A stretch of DNA of 64,000 bases, taken from positions 3,499-67,498 of IMG/VR virus record IMGVR_UViG_3300046539_000057; one strand, written 5' to 3'. The notes beneath the pieces were generated by a model. It was not told the DNA's origin and did no database searches. It saw only the letters and a list, made by a program, of their open reading frames with translations. Positions 9,781 to 19,835 of this stretch are shown here, piece after piece (position 1 is the stretch's first letter; each line of letters begins with the position of its first letter). This DNA comes from a virus. The position numbers and the translations under genes were made by a program.

Positions 9781-10914
9781 ATGGCACGCACTTCTGTTCT
9801 CCCGACCGATCCGCACACCCGCAAGGCGTGGGCGATGAAAGTCGGCACCGATTCCGTCAAGAACGCTTACTGGTCGCGCCACATCGGCGAAGAAGGTTCG
9901 CGTTCGCTGATCGTGAAGAAGACCGACCTCGACAGCGGCGCTGGCGATGAAGTCACCACCACCCTCGTCGCCAAGCTGCGCGGTGCTCCCGTCGTGGAGA
10001 ACCAGAAGCTGGCCGGCAAGGAAATGCGCCTGGACTTCGCCACGCACAAGATGCGCGTGAACGTGATCCGCCAAGGCGTCAACGTTGGCACGCGCATGGA
10101 CCAAAAGCGCACCGACGTGAACCTGAAGGCTCAGGGTCGTCAGCGCCTGACGGACTACATCAAGGAACTGTACGAGGAGTACATCGCTGCTCACCTCGCC
10201 GGTTCGCGCGGTGTCGGCTCCGAGTTCACGCACCTGCCGCTGACCTACGCCGGCTACCCGAACGCGCTGCGCGCGCCGGATAGCGCGCACCTGTTCGTCG
10301 GCACCGCCGGCGACAAGGTCAAGAACACGCTGGTGGTCGGCGACAAGCTCACGCTTGCCACGATCAACAAGCTGCAGACCAAGGCCAAGAAGATGCTTGG
10401 CGGCGTGCAAGACGGCGGCTCGCAGCGGATCGAGAAGATCCAGCGCAACGGCAAGGAGCTCTACGCCCTGGTCACGATGCCCGAAGGCATGCAGGACATC
10501 CGCGACGACACCGGCACGCAAGGCTGGTTCGAGGCGCAGAAGGCCCTGACGAACGCGATCGGCAAGGAGTCGGAGCTGTTCAAGGGCGGCGCCGGCTGGT
10601 TCAACGGCGTCTTGGTCGACGAGGTCGATGTCGGCGTGAAGTTCAGCGACTACGGCGCGGGCTCCAACGTCGCGGCCATGCGCTCCATCTTCGCCGGTGC
10701 CAACGCGGGCGTCATCGCCCACGGCACCAAGAACATGGACTCGGGCCTGGCCATCGAGCTCGACGAGGACGAGGACGACCGCGGCTTCGAGAAGGTCATC
10801 ACGTTCCTGATGATCTTCGGCGTCGACCGTTCGTTCATGACCCCGGTCAACGGCGCTGCTGCCCGCGACACCGGGATGATCGCCGTCGACCACGCCTACA
10901 CGGCGGCGGTCTAA
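9781..10914 (+). CDS. Major capsid protein (N4-gp56/DUF4043 type)
   Basis: AGGAGG RBS; DL..GAGDEVT..L, G.E..L.F, RQGV, LFKGGAG motifs; 377 aa. Confidence 0.92.
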   Translation: MARTSVLPTDPHTRKAWAMKVGTDSVKNAYWSRHIGEEGSRSLIVKKTDLDSGAGDEVTTTLVAKLRGAPVVENQKLAGKEMRLDFATHKMRVNVIRQGVNVGTRMDQKRTDVNLKAQGRQRLTDYIKELYEEYIAAHLAGSRGVGSEFTHLPLTYAGYPNALRAPDSAHLFVGTAGDKVKNTLVVGDKLTLATINKLQTKAKKMLGGVQDGGSQRIEKIQRNGKELYALVTMPEGMQDIRDDTGTQGWFEAQKALTNAIGKESELFKGGAGWFNGVLVDEVDVGVKFSDYGAGSNVAAMRSIFAGANAGVIAHGTKNMDSGLAIELDEDEDDRGFEKVITFLMIFGVDRSFMTPVNGAAARDTGMIAVDHAYTAAV

Positions 10915-10947
10915 GCGATCCACCTGACACACTGAAAGGAGCCTGAA

Positions 10948-11427
10948 ATGGCACTGTTTCAATCCGTGCAGGTGATCGCCAACAAGGCGATCCCTGCCAC
11001 CCGTGGTGGCGTCGACGTCGCCGCGATCACTGGCGAATTCGTGGTGCCGGCCGGCCTCGCGCTGAACGACATCATCGAATTCGTCGGCCTGCCCGCCGGC
11101 CATATCCCGGTGGACCTGGTCGTGAGCGCGCCGGACATGGACACCGGCACCACGATCACGCTCGACGCGGGCATCCTGACCGGCCGCTTCGGCGACCCGG
11201 TGCTCGGTTCGCGCACGATCGGCAGCGAGTTCTTCGCAGCCTCCACCGTCGGCCAAGCCGGCGGCCTGGCGCGCGCGGCGAAGTCGCTCTCGGGCGTGCT
11301 GCCCAAGACGAGCGAGCAAGGTGTTGGCCTCAAGGTCGCCGCGGCTGCAACCGGCCTCACGACCGGCGGCACGATCCGCGTCACGCTGTTCGTCGTCGCG
11401 GCCCCGGCCGAGACCGCGTTCGCGTAA
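10948..11427 (+). CDS. Capsid decoration/cement-like virion protein
   Basis: Directly after the capsid gene, AAGGAG RBS, beta-rich 159 aa. Confidence 0.7.
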   Translation: MALFQSVQVIANKAIPATRGGVDVAAITGEFVVPAGLALNDIIEFVGLPAGHIPVDLVVSAPDMDTGTTITLDAGILTGRFGDPVLGSRTIGSEFFAASTVGQAGGLARAAKSLSGVLPKTSEQGVGLKVAAAATGLTTGGTIRVTLFVVAAPAETAFA

Positions 11428-11432
11428 GCGAC

Positions 11433-11753
11433 ATGCCCCGAGGCCAGCGCAACGGGGCGCCGAAAGGCGCTCCGCAAGCCCCTGCTGTGCCCGACGAGCT
11501 CGGGGCCAGCGCGGTGGATTCCCACAAGGAGCCCATCGCGGTGGCCCCGGCCGCCGAGCCGGAGCCGGTGCGCCCCTACGACTACGCCTCGCTGTCGCAC
11601 GCCGAGCGCGAGAACCCCGAGAAGCTGCAGGGCGACGACCTTCGCCGACTCGCGCATGCGCGCGGACTGAGCCGCTCGGAGATCGGTCGCTGTAGCGACC
11701 AGAAGCTGCGCGAGCAGCTGCGCTACGTCGCCTACAGCCAGTACGACCGCTAA
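11433..11753 (+). CDS. Hypothetical protein
   Basis: Fills the operon gap; small helical C-terminal domain. Confidence 0.6.
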   Translation: MPRGQRNGAPKGAPQAPAVPDELGASAVDSHKEPIAVAPAAEPEPVRPYDYASLSHAERENPEKLQGDDLRRLAHARGLSRSEIGRCSDQKLREQLRYVAYSQYDR

Positions 11754-11761
11754 GGACCCCT

Positions 11762-12556
11762 GTGGCCGCCACCCTGACCGTCCGTGAAGCGCTCTGGCGG
11801 GTGGGCGTCCTGCTGCAGGACGTCGACCCACAGTACACGCGGCACCCCGAGCGCGAGCTTGTGAACTGGCTCGGCGATGCCGAGCTCGCCATCTGCAAGT
11901 TCCTGCCCTCGGCCTGCTCGCGCGTGGACGCGATCAAGCTCAAGCCCGGCACGCGCCAGTCCATCGAGAGCGTGGCCGCCGCGGACTGCAAGCCCGGTGA
12001 CGGCACGACGCCGGCCGCGGCCATCCTCGGCACGCAGCTGCTCGGCCTGCCGCGCAACATGGGCACCGACGGCCTGACCCCCGGCAAGACGATCCGCGTC
12101 GTGCAGCGCGAGATCCTGGACTCGCAGAGCCCCAGCTGGCACCAGGTGAGCGGCACCGAGGTCCGGCAATTCACCTACGACCCGAACACCCCGCTCTACT
12201 TCTACGTGAGCCCCGGCGTGCCCGCGGTGGGCAGTGTGTGGGTCGAGGCCGCGTGGAACGCGCAGCCCACGCGCTACGCCAACACCGGCGCGCCCGGCAG
12301 CGAGCTCTACCGCTACGACGGCGCCAGCGCCACGAAGCTGAACCTGCGCGACGAGTTCATCGACGACGTCGTGAACTACGTCGTGGCGCGCGCCTACATG
12401 AAGAACGCGCAGTTCGCCGGCAACGACCAGAAGGCGAGCACCTTCGCCAGCCTGTTCACCGGCTCGCTGAACGCCAAGGTGGCGGCGCTGACGGGCCACA
12501 GCCCCAACCTCAAGTTCCTGCCGTTCGCGCCGGAACCGCTGGGGGCTGCGTCGTGA
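11762..12556 (+). CDS. Head-tail adaptor-like virion protein
   Basis: LLQD...R....EL..WL start and ...YVVARAYMK end are typical of podophage adaptors. Confidence 0.7.
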   Translation: MAATLTVREALWRVGVLLQDVDPQYTRHPERELVNWLGDAELAICKFLPSACSRVDAIKLKPGTRQSIESVAAADCKPGDGTTPAAAILGTQLLGLPRNMGTDGLTPGKTIRVVQREILDSQSPSWHQVSGTEVRQFTYDPNTPLYFYVSPGVPAVGSVWVEAAWNAQPTRYANTGAPGSELYRYDGASATKLNLRDEFIDDVVNYVVARAYMKNAQFAGNDQKASTFASLFTGSLNAKVAALTGHSPNLKFLPFAPEPLGAAS

Positions 12557-13164
12557 ACTTCGACGGCTTCCACCCCTACGTGCTGCCGCTGGTGGGCAAC
12601 TGCCCGACGCAGACGATCGACTTCCAGGTCCGTCAGGCGGCCATCGAGTTCTGCGACGACGCCGCGGTGTGGGTCGAGCGGCTGGACACGCTGCTGACCG
12701 ACGCGCACCGCAACGAGTACGCGCTGCCGATCGACGACCAGGCGGCGCTGGTGAAGCTGCTCGAGGTGCGCATCGACGACGAGCGCACCGAGATCGCCGG
12801 CGGCGGGCCTGGCGGCGTCGAGCGCCGGCGCATGTACGTGACGCGCCCGACCGCGTGGCTGGTCGACCGCGAGACCCTGCGCATCGAGCCGCCGGCCAAC
12901 CAGGACCAGGCGCTGGACGTGTTCGCGCAGCTGAAGCCCTCGCAGGCCGCGTTCACGTTCGACGACAAGGTGTTCGCGCACCACGCGCAGCACATCGCCC
13001 ACGGCGCGCTCTGCAAGCTGTTCCGCATCCCCGGCCAGCCGTGGACTGACATGGGCCTGGCCGACTACTACGCCGGCCTGTTCAAGCTCGAGACCGCCTC
13101 GCAGGCGCGGATCGCAGAACGCGCCTACGCGCGGGCAACCCAGCGCGGCGTGCGCTTCTACTGA
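12553..13164 (+). CDS. Virion connector/adaptor protein
   Basis: GTGA coupling; F.PYVLP...CP......VRQAAIEFC and GAL..L..IPGQPWT motifs. Confidence 0.7.
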   Translation: MNFDGFHPYVLPLVGNCPTQTIDFQVRQAAIEFCDDAAVWVERLDTLLTDAHRNEYALPIDDQAALVKLLEVRIDDERTEIAGGGPGGVERRRMYVTRPTAWLVDRETLRIEPPANQDQALDVFAQLKPSQAAFTFDDKVFAHHAQHIAHGALCKLFRIPGQPWTDMGLADYYAGLFKLETASQARIAERAYARATQRGVRFY

Positions 13165-13166
13165 CC

Positions 13167-14507
13167 ATGCGCGAACTTCAACGCATCACGAAGCGCGCGA
13201 ACGAGGTCGTCCAGTACCCGTTCAACTTCGGCGACTGGGCCCAGCTGCCCGATGTCTCGCCGGGGCTGCGCCCGCTCGCTTTCACGGTCAGCGACTCGCC
13301 CGACCTGATCGAGAACCACTCGATCCAGGGTGACGTCGTCGTCCTGAACCTCAACGGCGGCGACGACGGCGAGACCTACCGAGTCACCGTCACCGCCACC
13401 GGCGCCAACGGCCTCACGCGCAGCGTCGTGCTCGAGGTGACGGTGTGGGGCGTGCGCGAGGGCGGCGGCGGCGGCGAAGGCCCCAGCGGCGCGGTCAACG
13501 TCATCGACGCGCTGGACAGCAACAGCCAGGTCGACGCGCCCTCCATCCGCGCGGTCGCCGCGGCCCTGGCCGCCAAGGCGGCGCTGGCCGATGGCATCAC
13601 CAGCGCCGAGCGCACGAAGCTGGCAGGCATCGCCGCCGGCGCCACGGTCAACGCCGCGGACGCCGCGCTGCGCGACCGCACCACGCACACCGGCACGCAG
13701 GCGATCTCCTCGGTTGTCGGGCTGCAGCCTGCGCTCGACGCCAAGCTGGCGCTCACCGCGGTCGGCCTGGCGGGCGGCGTGGCCGGCCTGGGCGGCGATG
13801 GCAAGGTGCCATCGAGCCAGCTGCCGAACCTGTCGGCCACCACGTTCCGCGGCGAGGTCTCCAACGAGGCCGCGATGCTGGCCGTGGTCGCCAACCAGGG
13901 CGACTTCGTCATCCGCAACGACCTGTCCAACACCTGGATCTGCGTCGGCACGCCGAGCAACGTCATCACCGCGTGGCGCCAGCTGGCCTACCCATCCTCG
14001 CCCGTCACCTCGGTGGCCGGCAAGACGGGCGCGGTGGCGCTGGTCAAGAGCGACGTCGGGCTGTCGCAGGTGGCCAACCTGGCGCCGGCGGACCTGCCGC
14101 TGTCGACGGCCGCCATCAACGCCAACGCCACGAAGGCGGACGTGGGCCACGTCCACACGACCGCCAACGTGAGCGGCCTGGACGCGGCGCTGGCCGGCAA
14201 GGCGCCGGTCTCGCACACGCACGAGATCGCCAACGTCAACGGCCTGCAGACCGAGCTCAACGGCAAGGCCGCGTCCGCGCACACCCAGGCGATCTCGACC
14301 GTGCTGGGCCTGCAGGCCGCGCTCGACGCGAAGCAGCCGCTGCTCGCCTTTCTCATCGCGGGTGCCGCGCTCGGCGCCTTCCACACGATCAATTTCGGCT
14401 CCGGGTTCACCGGGGCAATCGTCGGCGGCGTGCTGACGCTCAACGTCGGTGGCGACAACAGCTACGTCGACGAGGGCTACGTCGACCCCGGCTACGTCTC
14501 GGCCTAA
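13167..14507 (+). CDS. Fibre protein with H.H.I..V.GLQ..L..K repeats
   Basis: Repeated metal-binding fibre motifs; VTSVAGKTGAV.L.K.DVGL motif. Confidence 0.75.
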   Translation: MRELQRITKRANEVVQYPFNFGDWAQLPDVSPGLRPLAFTVSDSPDLIENHSIQGDVVVLNLNGGDDGETYRVTVTATGANGLTRSVVLEVTVWGVREGGGGGEGPSGAVNVIDALDSNSQVDAPSIRAVAAALAAKAALADGITSAERTKLAGIAAGATVNAADAALRDRTTHTGTQAISSVVGLQPALDAKLALTAVGLAGGVAGLGGDGKVPSSQLPNLSATTFRGEVSNEAAMLAVVANQGDFVIRNDLSNTWICVGTPSNVITAWRQLAYPSSPVTSVAGKTGAVALVKSDVGLSQVANLAPADLPLSTAAINANATKADVGHVHTTANVSGLDAALAGKAPVSHTHEIANVNGLQTELNGKAASAHTQAISTVLGLQAALDAKQPLLAFLIAGAALGAFHTINFGSGFTGAIVGGVLTLNVGGDNSYVDEGYVDPGYVSA

Positions 14508-14519
14508 CAGGAACGCCCC

Positions 14520-16121
14520 ATGGCAGCACTCACTCTCCGCGCGGGCCTCGGCCGCAACCTGACGCCCTCCGAGGTCGACGGCAACTTCACGGCGCTCAAC
14601 ACCGAGAGCGCGGCCCAGCAGACCGCGATCAACCTGCGGGCGCCAATCGACAACGCGACGTTCACGGGCAACGTGAACGCGCCCACGCCGTCGGTCAACG
14701 ACAACGGCACGAAGGTGGCGACCACCGCCTTCGTGATCGGCCAGGCCTCCGACGCGGACCCGCTTGCCAACGGCACGGCCGACTCCGGCGTGTCCCTCCA
14801 GTTCGCGCGTGCGGACCACGTCCACCCCGGCAGTGGCGGCGGCGGCTCGGCGGCGCAGGACAGCCTGACGCCCGGCTCGAGCACGGTGCCGCCGACGGTC
14901 GACGCGGTGGTCGACGCGCTCGCGGCGAAGGCCAACTCGGCCGACGTCACCACGCTCTACGACAACCTGTCCACCACCCTGGGCGGTCAGATCGCGAGCA
15001 AGCAAGGCGCACTCAGCGTGACGGGTCTTGCGACGTTGACGGGCAATGTGCTCAACGTCGCAAGCCCCGCCGTGTCCGGCAAGCTCACCGACGGCAAGTC
15101 GTTCATGCTGCTGCCGGGCGCCACGGCGTTCAGCGGCTTCGGCCCCCAGGTCGGCGCCCTGAGCACTGCCGGCACCTACGTCGGCGCCGGCCCGGCCAAC
15201 CCGACGAACAGCTGGAACTCGCGCGGCCGCGCCGGCTACGAGACCGCAGCCACGGCGAACACGCAGGCGCGCGTGATGATTCAGCCGCGCGTGCGCTTCC
15301 CGCACTCGGTCACCGGCGACCTGACGCAGGGCGGCTTCAAGAGCATCGTCACGTTCGCGGTGGCAGATGCGCTCACCGGCTGCCCGACCTTCATCGGCTT
15401 CCTGCAGAACACGCCCGCCGCCGGCGCGGAGCCGAGCGCCTACACCGGCACGAAGTGGGGCTTCTACCTCGACAGCACCGACACCGACAACCGGCTGAAG
15501 CTCTATTTCGGCACCACGCTCATCAAGGATCTCGGCGCCTCGTTCCCGCTGGTCGGCAACGAGACGAACCCGTACGAAATCGAGTTCGAGGCGGTGCCGC
15601 AGATCGGCGCGGCCGCGCGCTACATGCGCTGGAAGGTCACGCACCTGCTGACCGGCGCGACCGACTCGGGCACGGTGGTCTCGGCCAGCATGCCCCAAGG
15701 CGACTTCAGCCCCTACTTTGCGATGGTGCGCGACACCAAGGCCAACGTGGCCATCGCGCGCTTCTACACCACCGGCTGGGCCGGCGGCGGCTTCTACAAC
15801 CTCGTGATCGGCGACGCATCCGGCAACCTGCCGGTGCCCGGCCGCATCACCGCCAGCACCACGCTCTCGCGCGCGGTGCACGCAAACCTCGAGCAAGTCA
15901 TCAAGTCGGCCACCCCGGTGACGCTCACCGTGGCGAACACCGGCTACATCGACGGCGACACGCTGTACGGCGTGAACCGCGGCGCGGGCGACGTGACCAT
16001 CGTCGGCGAGGGCGGCTTCACCATCGAGAAGCACCCGGACTTGCCGGCCGCGGTGGAGCAGTCCCAGGGCTTCTCGCTGCGCTTCGACGGCGTCGACGGC
16101 GTGTGGACGCGGGTGGCCTGA
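14520..16121 (+). CDS. Tail fibre protein
   Basis: LT..EVDGNF N-terminus; FTG...APT......T.VATTAFV and ARADHVHP fibre motifs. Confidence 0.75.
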   Translation: MAALTLRAGLGRNLTPSEVDGNFTALNTESAAQQTAINLRAPIDNATFTGNVNAPTPSVNDNGTKVATTAFVIGQASDADPLANGTADSGVSLQFARADHVHPGSGGGGSAAQDSLTPGSSTVPPTVDAVVDALAAKANSADVTTLYDNLSTTLGGQIASKQGALSVTGLATLTGNVLNVASPAVSGKLTDGKSFMLLPGATAFSGFGPQVGALSTAGTYVGAGPANPTNSWNSRGRAGYETAATANTQARVMIQPRVRFPHSVTGDLTQGGFKSIVTFAVADALTGCPTFIGFLQNTPAAGAEPSAYTGTKWGFYLDSTDTDNRLKLYFGTTLIKDLGASFPLVGNETNPYEIEFEAVPQIGAAARYMRWKVTHLLTGATDSGTVVSASMPQGDFSPYFAMVRDTKANVAIARFYTTGWAGGGFYNLVIGDASGNLPVPGRITASTTLSRAVHANLEQVIKSATPVTLTVANTGYIDGDTLYGVNRGAGDVTIVGEGGFTIEKHPDLPAAVEQSQGFSLRFDGVDGVWTRVA

Positions 16122-16122
16122 G

Positions 16123-19100
16123 ATGGCTGTCCTTCGTAACCGCGCCGTCGCGTCCCGCCGCATGCTGCGGCGCTCGCCGCTTCCGCCCGAGGTGCCGCCC
16201 GGCTCCGACGGGTTCGGAAGCGGCACGCTCATGTCCAGCCTGTCGCTGACCAACGGCCAGGACTTGACGATCGCCTCGGACGCGCACTACGTCTACGACC
16301 TGGGTACCAGCCCCGCGATCGCGTTCGGCGACATCACCGTCAACGGCAAGCTCTCCTACTCGGCCGCGGCCGCGCAGACGCTCACCGCCAAGAGCATCAC
16401 CAACAACGGCAAGTACGTCGAGACCCCCGACGGCAGCCGCCGCGTGACCGGCCGCAAGGTGCGCACGATCCTCAACGGCGCCGAGGTCGGCAAGGTCAAC
16501 GCCTACATGGTCGACGAGACTGCGGCGAGCGCCGGCGGCAACGGTGTGCTCAAGCGACTCTGGCAGTCGACCAGCACCCCGCCCACGGCCGACGAGACCA
16601 TCACCGTCACCTGGACCAGCGCCACCAACTTCAACGTCTCGGGCACGGTCAGCGGCGCCAACTTCGCCAGCGGCACGGTCGGCACCCTGTTCAACAACAA
16701 GGTGCGGTTCCTGGCGACCGCCGGCACCACGCCCTGGGCGGCCGGCAACACGCGCACCCTGCGCGTCGAGCGCAAGGGCTCCCTCAACGACGGCAAGGCG
16801 CGCGGCGTGCGCAACATGGCCGGCGCGCACTTCGAGTTCAAGGGCCCTGAGAAGCTGGCCTGGACGCGCCTGCTGCAGACGAACGGCACGCTCACCGTGA
16901 CCGGCAACGTGATGCCGCTCGAGCATGTGCCCACCGGCTGGGCCGTCGGCGACACGGTAGTGGTCACCACGACCGACTACTACAACTACTCGGGCACCAA
17001 GGCCGCGAACGAGGAGTTCACGATCTCGGCCATCGACATCGTCGGCAAGACCGTGACGCTGTCGGGCAGCCTGCTGCGCCCGCGCTGCGGCGCCAAGCAG
17101 TACGTCACCGAGACCGGCACCGACGCCAACGGCCGGCTGCTGGGCGCGCTCTCGCTCACCGACGCCGGCTACACGCCGCACGTCGTCGGCGTGCCGCGCA
17201 TCGTCGACCAACGCGCCTACGTGCTGAACCTCTCGCGCGAGATCACGTTCGAGTCCGCGGACGACACCGCCTGGCAGGACACGACCAACGGCCGGTTCGG
17301 CGTGCACATCATGAACATGGGCCTGGAGTCCACGTTCATCCTCGACCAGGTCGAGCTCTACCGCTGCGGCCAGCGCGGGCGCCACGGGCGCTATGCGGTG
17401 CACAACCACATGCCGTCGTTCAGCACGCCGGACGGCAGCACGTTCCCCTCGGACGGCACATTCCTGGGCGACGTGAACCCGTCCAAGCAGTACGTCAAGG
17501 GCGTGGCGATCAACTTCTCTGCCCAGCACGGCATCCAGAACCACGGCGCGTGCGGCTGGGTGGTCACCGACACCGTCGTGCACAACTGCGCCGGCCACGC
17601 CTTCAACCTCGAGGACGGCAGCGAGCTCCGCTACGTCTTCGCCCGCTGCGTGGCCTCTCAGGTGCTGCCGATCACCGCCAGCGCCACGCTGCAGCTGAAG
17701 GCGCACGAGACCGAGGCGGCCGGCTTCTGGCTGACGAACCTCGGCGGCGACTGCTACGACGGCGCGGCCATCAACTGCGGCCGCGGCATCTGGAAGTCGC
17801 CGGCCGGGCGCGCGTTCGGCCTGTCGCGCGACGTCAGCGAGACCCCGACCTACCGCCGTCCTGGCCGCATCGAGAACATGACCTCGATGAGCCACCGCGG
17901 CCTGCCGGTGCTCAACGGCGGCCACGTCACCGACGAACGCGGCGCGGTCGAGGGCTCGATGACCGGCACGCTGGTCTCGGGCAACTTCTATTTCCCCACC
18001 GACAACGACCGGCCGGATGGCAACTGGGTGCGGCCGCAGCTGCTCAAGGGCTTCCACATCTACAAGGCCGACGGCATGGGGTACTTCAACCGGGTGGGCG
18101 TCCCGGAGTATCTCGAGGTCACGGCCGCCGACTGCCGCACCACGATCTTCAACGGCAACGTCAATGCGGGCTTCCTGCGGCGCGCGCTGCTGTGCGGGGT
18201 CTCGCTGCACAACACCTCGCACCAGAACACCTCGACGCCGATCCGCGCGGGCGCGGCGAGCTACCACAACACCCAGGTGAACCAGGACTGCCTGTTCATC
18301 AACTTCCCGCCTTCGCGGCCCGCCGACGGGGCGAGCGCCACCTATTTCGACAGCAAGGCCGGCAGGTCGGAGGTCACCGCGGGCGCCAACCAGTCCGCGG
18401 ACTTCTACCAGAACGTGATCGAGCAGGGCTACAAGCACCACACCGGCTGCAAGTTCCTCTCGGCCGATCCGGGCGTGCGCTCGCGTGAGTGGAGTCACCG
18501 CAAGCTCACCTCCGGCGAGACCGATGCGCCCGGCTTCAACTCCTCGCTCACGCCCGCCGACAAGGACTACCAGGGCTGGTGGCACCCGTCGGGCACGCCG
18601 GGCTGGTGGCGCACGCTCAACCTGCCCTACTACACCGGCGCGCTGTCGACCACGCAGCCCGTCATCATGGGCTACGGTGGCGCGGCCACCACCGACCCGT
18701 ACTTCGTGATGACCCCGGACAAGGTCTACGGGCTCATGGAAATCACGATGGAGACCGACGTGGTGGCCACGGTCGGCACCGCGCGCACGGCGAGCACGTA
18801 CAAGATCGACGACCGCATCAGCGAGCTCAACTGCTGGCGCCTGGACTCGAGCTTCGCCAACGTCGCGCAGTACGTGATCTCGCGCGGCGACCGCGGCGCC
18901 AACGGCCACTACAAGCGCTTCATCGGCCTGCTGAAGAACCAGCGCTACAGCCTGTCGCTGGGCATCACCGCCACGCCGAAGCTGTGGAGCGAGTGGGCGG
19001 TCTACAACGCCGACGACGCCGACGACACCTTCGTCATCGGCATCCCGTGGGACGGGGCCGGCTGCCGCGTGTTCGTCTACTCCGGCCACCAGCTGGACCA

Positions 19101-19353
19101 GAAGCCGTTCCCCGACGTCAGCTGGACCAACGCCAAGGCCTACACGGCGGTCTCGGATCGCGCGGCGGTCGACAGCCATTCCTCGGCCACCAGCGCCGGC
19201 GCGTACTGGTTCGACTCGACCAACAAGAAGGTCTGGATTCGCTACTGGGGCGGCAAGGTCGCGCGCCCGGCCGGCGAGGGCCCGACCAGCTTCGACATCT
19301 TCAATCAGAACGCCGACAACCGTCCGAACACCCTCTACATCTTCCCGGCATGA
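16123..19353 (+). CDS. G8/CEMIP(TMEM2)-like parallel beta-helix protein; putative depolymerase/tailspike
   Basis: GW..GD.VVVTTTDY, V.NLSR.I, FGVHIM, VELYRCGQRGRHGRYAVHNH, LEDGSE, AGFW..N motifs. Confidence 0.75.
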   Translation: MAVLRNRAVASRRMLRRSPLPPEVPPGSDGFGSGTLMSSLSLTNGQDLTIASDAHYVYDLGTSPAIAFGDITVNGKLSYSAAAAQTLTAKSITNNGKYVETPDGSRRVTGRKVRTILNGAEVGKVNAYMVDETAASAGGNGVLKRLWQSTSTPPTADETITVTWTSATNFNVSGTVSGANFASGTVGTLFNNKVRFLATAGTTPWAAGNTRTLRVERKGSLNDGKARGVRNMAGAHFEFKGPEKLAWTRLLQTNGTLTVTGNVMPLEHVPTGWAVGDTVVVTTTDYYNYSGTKAANEEFTISAIDIVGKTVTLSGSLLRPRCGAKQYVTETGTDANGRLLGALSLTDAGYTPHVVGVPRIVDQRAYVLNLSREITFESADDTAWQDTTNGRFGVHIMNMGLESTFILDQVELYRCGQRGRHGRYAVHNHMPSFSTPDGSTFPSDGTFLGDVNPSKQYVKGVAINFSAQHGIQNHGACGWVVTDTVVHNCAGHAFNLEDGSELRYVFARCVASQVLPITASATLQLKAHETEAAGFWLTNLGGDCYDGAAINCGRGIWKSPAGRAFGLSRDVSETPTYRRPGRIENMTSMSHRGLPVLNGGHVTDERGAVEGSMTGTLVSGNFYFPTDNDRPDGNWVRPQLLKGFHIYKADGMGYFNRVGVPEYLEVTAADCRTTIFNGNVNAGFLRRALLCGVSLHNTSHQNTSTPIRAGAASYHNTQVNQDCLFINFPPSRPADGASATYFDSKAGRSEVTAGANQSADFYQNVIEQGYKHHTGCKFLSADPGVRSREWSHRKLTSGETDAPGFNSSLTPADKDYQGWWHPSGTPGWWRTLNLPYYTGALSTTQPVIMGYGGAATTDPYFVMTPDKVYGLMEITMETDVVATVGTARTASTYKIDDRISELNCWRLDSSFANVAQYVISRGDRGANGHYKRFIGLLKNQRYSLSLGITATPKLWSEWAVYNADDADDTFVIGIPWDGAGCRVFVYSGHQLDQKPFPDVSWTNAKAYTAVSDRAAVDSHSSATSAGAYWFDSTNKKVWIRYWGGKVARPAGEGPTSFDIFNQNADNRPNTLYIFPA

Positions 19354-19835
19354 AGCACCTCCTCGCCTGCGTAAGCCTGTTCGTTCTCGCGCTGCTCGCC
19401 CCCAACGTCGCGCTCGCGGCGCCGGGGGACGACTGCAGCTTCCTGCCCGACGTCGGCGAGCAGGTGCGATGCCGCGCCGCCTCCGCGGAGCCGGCTACCG
19501 GGCCCATGTTCGCCAAGTGCGCCGCGCAGATGGTGCGCGGGCTGTGCGACCAGCTGGCCGATCCGTTCGCCGGCTGCGAGCAGCTGCCCGAGCCCAAGCG
19601 CAGCGCCTGCCGCGCCGCCATCGAGGCCAAGGTCGAGCGGTTCGCGCTGGCCGACGGCCGGCAGATCGACGTGCCCAAGAGTGCCGTGTTCGCGGTGCGC
19701 GGGCTGCAGACGCCCAGCCCCAATGACCTGACGATGTGCCACGCCGCGGCGACCTTCTGCCGCGAGCGGCCCGGCAGCCTCGAGTGCCTGGTCGGCCTGT
19801 CCAGCTGGGGACGCACGCGGGACTGGGGGAAGTGA
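19350..19835 (+). CDS. Secreted Cys-rich protein
   Basis: ATGA coupling; signal peptide MKHLLACVSLFVLALLAPNVALA; nine Cys in the mature part. Confidence 0.7.
   Translation: MKHLLACVSLFVLALLAPNVALAAPGDDCSFLPDVGEQVRCRAASAEPATGPMFAKCAAQMVRGLCDQLADPFAGCEQLPEPKRSACRAAIEAKVERFALADGRQIDVPKSAVFAVRGLQTPSPNDLTMCHAAATFCRERPGSLECLVGLSSWGRTRDWGK

Noticed and set aside
13445-16249. Long Arg-rich alternative-frame ORFs on the plus strand
   Set aside because: Off-frame products of GC-rich genes; codon bias stays in the main frame, unlike the accepted nested ORFs
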